Origin: Eledone cirrhosa
Taxonomy: Eukaryota
Assembly (NCBI GenBank): GCA_964016885.1
Contig: OZ024745.1
Location: 5,456,001 to 5,520,000, forward strand
Reading direction: 5' to 3'
DNA length: 64,000 bases
Positions 54,301 to 64,000 of this stretch are shown here, piece by piece. The first letter of the stretch is position 1. Every line of letters starts with the position of its first letter. A model generated the notes under the pieces. It saw only the letters and a list, made by a program, of their open reading frames with translations. It was not told the DNA's origin and did not search any database. A program made the translations under genes and the position numbers.

Positions 54301-57300
54301 CCGTGGTCATTGGAGCACTGGCTGCCTCCTGTGTCTCAAGACATAGATACAACTGACCGTGGTCATTGGAGCACTGGCTGCATCCTGTGTCTAAAGACAT
54401 AGATACAACTGACCGTGGTCATTGGAGCACTGGCTGCATCCTGTGTCTAAAGACATAGATACAACTGACCGTGGTCATTGGAGCACTGGCTGCATCCTGT
54501 GTCTAAAGACATAGATACAACTGACCATGGTCATTGGAGCACTGGCTGCCTCCTGTGTCTCAAGATGTAGATACAACTGACCGTGGTCATTGGAGCACTG
54601 GCTGCCTCCTGTGTCTCAAGACATAGATACAACTGACCATGGTCATTGGAGCACTGGCTGCCTCCTGTGTCTCAAGATGTAGATACAACTGACCGTGGTC
54701 ATTGGAGCACTGGCTGCCTCCTGTGTCTCAAGACATAGATACAACTGACCGTGGTCATTGGAGCACTGGCTGCCTCCTGTGTCTCAAGACATAGATACAA
54801 CTGACCATGGTCATTGGAGCACTGGCTGCCTCCTGTGTATCAAGATGTAGATACAACTGACCGTGGTCATTGGAACACTGGCTGCCTCCTGTGTCTCAAG
54901 ATGTAGATACAACTGACCGTGGTCATTGGAACACTGGCTGCCTCCTGTGTCTCAAGACATAGATACAACTGACCGTGGTCATTGGAGCACTGGCTGCATC
55001 CTGTGTCTAAAGACATAGATACAACTGACCGTGGTCATTGGAGCACTGGCTGCATCCTGTGTCTAAAGACATAGATACAACTGACCATGGTCATTGGAGC
55101 ACTGGCTGCCTCCTGTGTCTCAAGATGTAGATACAACTGACCATGGTCATTGGAGCACTGGCTGCCTCCTGTGTCTCAAGATGTAGATACAACTGACCAT
55201 GGTCATTGGAGCACTGGCTGCCTCCTGTGTCTCAAGATGTAGATACAACTGACCATGGTCATTGGAGCACTGGCTGCCTCCTGTGTCTCAAGATGTAGAT
55301 ACAACTGACCGTGGTCATTGGAGCACTGGCTGCCTCCTGTGTCTCAAGATGTAGATACAACTGACCGTGGTCATTGGAGCACTGGCTGCCTCCTGTGTCT
55401 CAAGACATAGATACAACTGACCATGGTCATTGGAGCACTGGCTGCCTCCTGTGTCTCAAGATGTAGATACAACTGACCGTGGTCATTGGAACACTGGCTG
55501 CCTCCTGTGTCTCAAGATGTAGATACAACTGACCGTGGTCATTGGAGCACTGGCTGCCTCCTGTGTCTCAAGATGTAGATACAACTGACCATGGTCATTG
55601 GAGCACTGGCTGCCTCCTGTGTCTCAAGATGTAGATACAACTGACCATGGTCATTGGAGCACTGGCTGCCTCCTGTGTCTCAAGATGTAGATACAACTGA
55701 CCGTGGTCATTGGAGCACTGGCTGCCTCCTGTGTCTCAAGATGTAGATACAACTGACCATGGTCATTGGAGCACTGGCTGCCTCCTGTGTCTCAAGATGT
55801 AGATACAACTGACCATGGTCATTGGAGCACTGGCTGCCTCCTGTGTCTCAAGATGTAGATACAACTGACGGTGGTCATTGGAGCACTGGCTGCCTCCTGT
55901 GTCTCAAGACATAGATACAACTGACCATGGTCATTGGAGCACTGGCTGCCTCCTGTGTCTCAAGATGTAGATACAACTGACCGTGGTCATTGGAACACTG
56001 GCTGCCTCCTGTGTCTCAAGATGTAGATACAACTGACCGTGGTCATTGGAGCACTGGCTGCCTCCTGTGTCTCAAGATGTAGATACAACTGACCATGGTC
56101 ATTGGAGCACTGGCTGCCTCCTGTATCTCAAGATGTAGATACAACTGACCATGGTCATTGGAGCACTGGCTGCCTCCTGTATCTCAAGATGTAGATACAA
56201 CTGACCATGGTCATTGGAGCACTGGCTGCCTCCTGCATCTCAAGATCTAGATACAACTGACCGTGGTCATTGGAGCACTGGCTGCCTCCTGTATCTCAAG
56301 ATGTAGATACAACTGACCGTGGTCATTGGAGCACTGGCTGCCTCCTGCATCTCAAGATCTAGATACAACTGACCGTGGTCATTGGAGCACTGGCTGCCTC
56401 CTGTGTCTCAAGACGTAGATACAACTGACCATGGTCATTGGAGCACTGGCTGCCTCCTGTGTCTCAAGACGTAGATAAAACTGACCATGGTCATTGGAGC
56501 ACTGGCTGCCTCCTGTGTCTCAAGATGTAGATACAACTGACCGTGGTCATTGGAGCACTGGCTGCCTCCTGTGTCTCAAGACATAGATACAACTGACCAT
56601 GGTCATTGGAGCACTGGCTGCCTCCTGTGTCTCAAGATGTAGAGACAACTGACCGTGGTCATTGGAGCACTGGCTGCCTCCTGTGTCTCAAGATGTAGAT
56701 ACAACTGACCGTGGTCATTGGAACACTGGCCGCCTCCTGTGTCTCAAGACGTAGATACAACTGACCGTGGTCATTGGAGCACTGGCTGCATCCTGTGTCT
56801 AAAGACATAGATACAACTGACCGTGGTCATTGGAACACTGGCTGCCTCCTGTGTCTCAAGACATAGATACAACTGACCATGGTCATTGGAGCACTGGCTG
56901 CCTCCTGTGTCTCAAGATGTAGATACAACTGACCGTGGTCATTGGAGCACTGGCTGCCTCCTGTGTCTCAAGATGTAGATACAACTGACCGTGGTCATTG
57001 GAGCACTGGCTGCCTCCTGTGTCTCAAGATGTATATACAACTGACCATGGTCATTGGAACACTGGCTGCCTCCTGTGAGTCAAGATGTAGATACAACTGA
57101 CCGTGGTCATTGGAGCACTGGCTGCCTCCCGTGTCTCAAGATGTAGATACAACTGACCTTGGTCATTGGAACACTGGCTGCCTCCTGTGAGTCAAGATGT
57201 AGATACAACTGACCGTGGTCATTGGAGCACTGGCTGCCTCCCGTGTCTCAAGATGTAGATACAACTGACCGTGGTCATTGGAGCACTGGCTGCCTCCTGT

Positions 57301-60300
57301 GTCTCAAGATGTAGATACAACTGACCATGGTCATTGGAGCACTGGCTGCCTCCTGTGTCTCAAGATGTAGATACAACTGGCCATGGTCATTGGAACACTG
57401 GATGCCTCCTGTGTCTCAAGACATAGATACAACTGACCACGGTCATTTGAGCACTGGATGCCTCCTGTGTCTCAAGACATAGATACAACTGACCATGGTC
57501 ATTGGAGCACTGGCTGCCTCCTGTGTCTCAAGACATAGATACAACTGACCATGGTCATTGGAGCACTGGCTGCCTCCTGTGTCTCAAGATGTAGATACAA
57601 CTGACCGTGGTCATTGGAGCACTGGCTGCCTCCTGTGTCTCAAGATGTAGATAAAACTGACCATTGTCATTGGAGCACTGGCTGCCTCCCGTGTCTCAAG
57701 ATGAAGATACAACTGACCGTGGTCATTGGAGCACTGGCTGCCTCCTGTGTCTCAAGATGTAGATACAACTGACCGTGGTCATTGGAGCACTGGCTGCCTC
57801 CTGTGTCTCAAGATGTAGATACAACTGACCGTGGTCATTGGAGCACTGGCTGCCTCCCGTGTCTCAAGATGTAGATACAACTGACCGTGGTCATTGGAGC
57901 ACTGGCTGCCTCCTGTGTCTCAAGATGTAGATACAACTGACCGTGGTCATTGGAGCACTGGCTGCCTCCTGTGTCTCAAGATGTAGATACAACTGACCGT
58001 GGTCATTGGAGCACTGGCTGCCTCCTGTGTCTCAAGATGTAGATACAACTTACCATGGTCATTGGAACACTGGCTGCCTCCTGTGAGTCAAGATGTAGAT
58101 ACAACTGACCATGGTCATTGGAGCACTGGCTGCCTCCCGTGTCTCAAGATGTAGATACAACTGACCGTGGTCATTGGAGCACTGGCTGCCTCCTGTGTCT
58201 CAAGATGTAGATACAACTGACCGTGGTCATTGGAGCACTGGCTGCCTCCTGTGTCTCAAGATGTAGATACAACTGACCGTGGTCATTGGAGCACTGGCTG
58301 CCTCCTGTGTCTCAAGACATAGATACAACTGACCATGGTCATTGGAGCACTGGCTGCCTCCTGTGTCTCAAGACATAGATACAACTGACCATGGTCATTG
58401 GAGCACTGGCTGCCTCCTGTGTCTCAAGATGTAGATACAACTGACCGTGGTCATTGGAGCACTGGCTGCCTCCTGTGTCTCAAGACATAGATACAACTGA
58501 CCGTGGTCATTGGAGCACTGGCTGCCTCCTGTGTCTCAAGACATAGATACAACTGACCATGGTCATTGGAGCACTGGCTGCCTCCTGTGTATCAAGACAT
58601 AGATACAACTGACCATGGTCATTGAAGCACTGGCTGCCTCCTGTGTCTCAAGACATAGATACAACTGACCGTGGTCATTGGAGCACTGGCTGCATCCTGT
58701 GTCTAAAGACATAGATACAACTGACCGTGGTCATTGGAGCACTGGCTGCATCCTGTGTCTAAAGACATAGATACAACTGACCGTGGTCATTGGAACACTG
58801 GCTGCCTCCTGTGTCTCAAGATGTAGATACAACTGACCGTGGTCATTGGAGCACTGGCTGCCTCCTGTGTCTCAAGATGTAGATACAACTGACCATGGTC
58901 ATTGGAGCACTGGCTGCCTCCTGTATCTCAAGATGTAGATACAACTGACCGTGGTCATTGGAGCACTGGCTGCCTCCTGTGTCTCAAGATGTAGATACAA
59001 CTGACCATGGTCATTGGAGCACTGGCTGCCTCCTGTATCTCAAGATGTAGATACAACTGACCATGGTCATTGGAGCACTGGCTGCCTCCTGTATCTCAAG
59101 ATGTAGATACAACTGACCATGGTCATTGGAGCACTGGCTGCCTCCTGTATCTCAAGATGTAGATACAACTGACCATGGTCATTGGAGCACTGGCTGCCTC
59201 CTGTGTCTCAAGATGTAGATACAACTGACCGTGGTCATTGGAGCACTGGCTGCCTCCTGTGTCTCAAGACATAGATACAACTGACCATGGTCATTGGAGC
59301 ACTGGCTGCCTCCTGTGTCTCAAGATGTAGATACAACTGGCCATGGTCATTGGAACACTGGATGCCTCCTGTGTCTCAAGACATAGATACAACTGACCAC
59401 GGTCATTTGAGCACTGGATGCCTCCTGTGTCTCAAGACATAGATACAACTGACCATGGTCATTGGAGCACTGGCTGCCTCCTGTGTCTCAAGACATAGAT
59501 ACAACTGACCATGGTCATTGGAGCACTGGCTGCCTCCTGTGTCTCAAGATGTAGATACAACTGACCGTGGTCATTGGAGCACTGGCTGCCTCCTGTGTCT
59601 CAAGATGTAGATAAAACTGACCATTGTCATTGGAGCACTGGCTGCCTCCCGTGTCTCAAGATGAAGATACAACTGACCGTGGTCATTGGAGCACTGGCTG
59701 CCTCCTGTGTCTCAAGATGTAGATACAACTGACCGTGGTCATTGGAGCACTGGCTGCCTCCTGTGTCTCAAGATGTAGATACAACTGACCGTGGTCATTG
59801 GAGCACTGGCTGCCTCCCGTGTCTCAAGATGTAGATACAACTGACCGTGGTCATTGGAGCACTGGCTGCCTCCTGTGTCTCAAGATGTAGATACAACTGA
59901 CCGTGGTCATTGGAGCACTGGCTGCCTCCTGTGTCTCAAGATGTAGATACAACTGACCGTGGTCATTGGAGCACTGGCTGCCTCCTGTGTCTCAAGATGT
60001 AGATACAACTTACCATGGTCATTGGAACACTGGCTGCCTCCTGTGAGTCAAGATGTAGATACAACTGACCATGGTCATTGGAGCACTGGCTGCCTCCCGT
60101 GTCTCAAGATGTAGATACAACTGACCGTGGTCATTGGAGCACTGGCTGCCTCCTGTGTCTCAAGATGTAGATACAACTGACCGTGGTCATTGGAGCACTG
60201 GCTGCCTCCTGTGTCTCAAGATGTAGATACAACTGACCGTGGTCATTGGAGCACTGGCTGCCTCCTGTGTCTCAAGACATAGATACAACTGACCATGGTC

Positions 60301-63300
60301 ATTGGAGCACTGGCTGCCTCCTGTGTCTCAAGACATAGATACAACTGACCATGGTCATTGGAGCACTGGCTGCCTCCTGTGTCTCAAGATGTAGATACAA
60401 CTGACCGTGGTCATTGGAGCACTGGCTGCCTCCTGTGTCTCAAGACATAGATACAACTGACCGTGGTCATTGGAGCACTGGCTGCCTCCTGTGTCTCAAG
60501 ACATAGATACAACTGACCATGGTCATTGGAGCACTGGCTGCCTCCTGTGTATCAAGACATAGATACAACTGACCATGGTCATTGAAGCACTGGCTGCCTC
60601 CTGTGTCTCAAGACATAGATACAACTGACCGTGGTCATTGGAGCACTGGCTGCATCCTGTGTCTAAAGACATAGATACAACTGACCGTGGTCATTGGAGC
60701 ACTGGCTGCATCCTGTGTCTAAAGACATAGATACAACTGACCGTGGTCATTGGAACACTGGCTGCCTCCTGTGTCTCAAGATGTAGATACAACTGACCGT
60801 GGTCATTGGAGCACTGGCTGCCTCCTGTGTCTCAAGATGTAGATACAACTGACCATGGTCATTGGAGCACTGGCTGCCTCCTGTATCTCAAGATGTAGAT
60901 ACAACTGACCGTGGTCATTGGAGCACTGGCTGCCTCCTGTGTCTCAAGATGTAGATACAACTGACCATGGTCATTGGAGCACTGGCTGCCTCCTGTATCT
61001 CAAGATGTAGATACAACTGACCATGGTCATTGGAGCACTGGCTGCCTCCTGTATCTCAAGATGTAGATACAACTGACCATGGTCATTGGAGCACTGGCTG
61101 CCTCCTGTATCTCAAGATGTAGATACAACTGACCATGGTCATTGGAGCACTGGCTGCCTCCTGTGTCTCAAGATGTAGATACAACTGACCGTGGTCATTG
61201 GAGCACTGGCTGCCTCCTGTGTCTCAAGACATAGATACAACTGACCATGGTCATTGGAGCACTGGCTGCCTCCTGTGTCTCAAGATGTAGATACAACTGA
61301 CCGTGGTCATTGGAGCACTGGCTGCCTCCTGTGTCTCAAGACATAGATACAACTGACCATGGTCATTGGAGCACTGGCTGCCTCCTGTGTCTCAAGATGT
61401 AGATACAACTGACCGTGGTCATTGGAGCACTGGCTGCCTCCTGTGTCTCAAGACATAGATACAACTGACCATGGTCATTGGAGCACTGGCTGCCTCCTGT
61501 GTCTCAAGATGTAGATACAACTGACCGTGGTCATTGGAGCACTGGCTGCCTCCTGTGTCTCATGACATAGATACAACTGACCATGGTCATTGGAGCACTG
61601 GCTGCCTCTTGTGTCTCAAGACGTAGATACAACTGACCGTGGTCATTGGAGCCCTGGCTGCATCCCGTGTCTAAAGACATAGATACAACTGACCGTGGTC
61701 ATTGGAACACTGGATGCCTCCTGTGTCTCAAGACATAGATACAACTGACCACGGTCATTTGAGCACTGGATGCCTCCTGTATATCAAGATCTAGATAAAC
61801 TGACCGTGGTCATTGGAGCACTGGCTGCCTCCTGTGTCACAAGATGTAGATACAACTGACCGTGGTCATTGGAGCACTGGCTGCCTCCTGCATCTCAAGA
61901 TCTAGATACAACTGACCGTGGTCATTGGAGCACTGGCTGCCTCCTGTGTCTCAAGACGTAGATACAACTGACCATGGTCATTGGAGCACTGGCTGCCTCC
62001 TGTGTCTCAAGACGTAGATAAAACAGACCATGGTCATTGGAGCACTGGCTGCCTCCTGTGTCTCAAGATGTAGATACAACTGACCGTGGTCATTGGAGCA
62101 CTGGCTGCCTCCTGTGTCTCAAGACATAGATACAACTGACCATGGTCATTGGAGCACTGGCTGCCTCCTGTGTCTCAAGATGTAGAGACAACTGACCGTG
62201 GTCATTGGAGCACTGGCTGCCTCCTGTGTCTCAAGATGTAGATACAACTGACCGTGGTCATTGGAACACTGGCCGCCTCCTGTGTCTCAAGACGTAGATA
62301 CAACTGACCGTGGTCATTGGAGCACTGGCTGCATCCTGTGTCTAAAGACATAGATACAACTGACCGTGGTCATTGGAACACTGGCTGCCTCCTGTGTCTC
62401 AAGACATAGATACAACTGACCATGGTCATTGGAGCACTGGCTGCTTCCTGTGTCTCAAGATGTAGATACAACTGACCGTGGTCATTGGAGCACTGGCTGC
62501 CTCCTGTGTCTCAAGATGTAGATACAACTGACCGTGGTCATTGGAGCACTGGCTGCCTCCTGTGTCTCAAGATGTAGATACAACTGACCATGGTCATTGG
62601 AACACTGGCTGCCTCCTGTGAGTCAAGATGTAGATACAACTGACCGTGGTCATTGGAGCACTGGCTGCCTCCCGTGTCTCAAGATGTAGATACAACTGAC
62701 CATGGTCATTGGAACACTGGCTGCCTCCTGTGAGTCAAGATGTAGATACAACTGACCGTGGTCATTGGAGCACTGGCTGCCTCCCGTGTCTCAAGATGTA
62801 GATACAACTGACCGTGGTCATTGGAGCACTGGCTGCCTCCTGTGTCTCAAGATGTAGATACAACTGACCATGGTCATTGGAGCACTGGCTGCCTCCTGTG
62901 TCTCAAGATGTAGATACAACTGGCCATGGTCATTGGAACACTGGATGCCTCCTGTGTCTCAAGACATAGATACAACTGACCACGGTCATTTGAGCACTGG
63001 ATGCCTCCTGTGTCTCAAGACATAGATACAACTGACCATGGTCATTGGAGCACTGGCTGCCTCCTGTGTCTCAAGACATAGATACAACTGACCATGGTCA
63101 TTGGAGCACTGGCTGCCTCCTGTGTCTCAAGATGTAGATACAACTGACCGTGGTCATTGGAGCACTGGCTGCCTCCTGTGTCTCAAGATGTAGATAAAAC
63201 TGACCATGGTCATTGGAGCACTGGCTGCCTCCCGTGTCTCAAGATGAAGATACAACTGACCGTGGTCATTGGAGCACTGGCTGCCTCCTGTGTCTCAAGA

Positions 63301-64000
63301 TGTAGATACAACTGACCGTGGTCATTGGAGCACTGGCTGCCTCCTGTGTCTCAAGATGTAGATACAACTGACCGTGGTCATTGGAGCACTGGCTGCCTCC
63401 CGTGTCTCAAGATGTAGATACAACTGACCGTGGTCATTGGAGCACTGGCTGCCTCCTGTGTCTCAAGATGTAGATACAACTGACCGTGGTCATTGGAGCA
63501 CTGGCTGCCTCCTGTGTCTCAAGATGTAGATACAACTGACCATGGTCATTGGAACACTGGCTGCCTCCTGTGAGTCAAGATGTAGATACAACTGACCATG
63601 GTCATTGGAGCACTGGCTGCCTCCCGTGTCTCAAGATGTAGATACAACTGACCGTGGTCATTGGAGCACTGGCTGCCTCCTGTGTCTCAAGATGTAGATA
63701 CAACTGACCGTGGTCATTGGAGCACTGGCTGCCTCCTGTGTCTCAAGATGTAGATACAACTGACCGTGGTCATTGGAGCACTGGCTGCCTCCTGTGTCTC
63801 AAGATGTAGATACAACTGACCGTGGTCATTGGAGCACTGGCTGCCTCCTGTGTCTCAAGATGTAGATACAACTGACCATGGTCATTGGAGCACTGGCTGC
63901 CTCCTGTGTCTCAAGATGTAGATACAACTGACCATGGTCATTGGAGCACTGGCTGCCTCCCGTGTCTCAAGATGTAGATACAACTGACCATGGTCATTGG
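24340..64000. repeat. Large 56-bp satellite CTGACC(A/G)TGGTCATTGGAGCACTGGCTGCCTCCTGTGTCTCAAGA(TG/CA/CG)TAGATACAA, ~700 copies, runs off window end
   Basis: Uninterrupted head-to-tail array of period 56 with rare 55/57-bp monomers. No spacers or insertions seen. Confidence 0.98.

Noticed and set aside
24340-64000. CRISPR-like array or repeat-encoded proteins (MEHWLPP... ORFs)
   Set aside because: No unique spacers and no cas genes. The period is not a multiple of 3, and the ORFs arise only where variants remove stops.

Overview
Eukaryotic (animal) genomic DNA dominated by repeats. The SINE-like families look like those I recall from Octopus/cephalopod genomes, which is an inference from memory. 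In order: a 27/30-bp (GGT)-derived minisatellite (1-3440), a 56-bp satellite (~3757-5240) fused to a 52/50-bp satellite (~5238-11040), AT-rich unique DNA with microsatellites and SINE relics, and two head-to-tail minus-strand L1/Tx1-type non-LTR retrotransposons (~13893-18164 and 18181-19910) with (GATA)n at every junction. Next come an R4/Dong-like fragment, a terminal coding exon resembling the CEP112 C-terminus (21153-21311), a Chapaev3-like transposase relic out of which a 62-bp satellite appears to have amplified (~22990-24090), and a ~40-kb array of a different 56-bp satellite (24340 to window end) with higher-order duplications and a CpG-decay variant pattern. Best candidate novelty: a (GATA)n-microsatellite-targeting Tx1-like family. 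Second: tandem repeats born inside transposable-element sequence. No CRISPR array, rRNA or true tRNA gene is supported.
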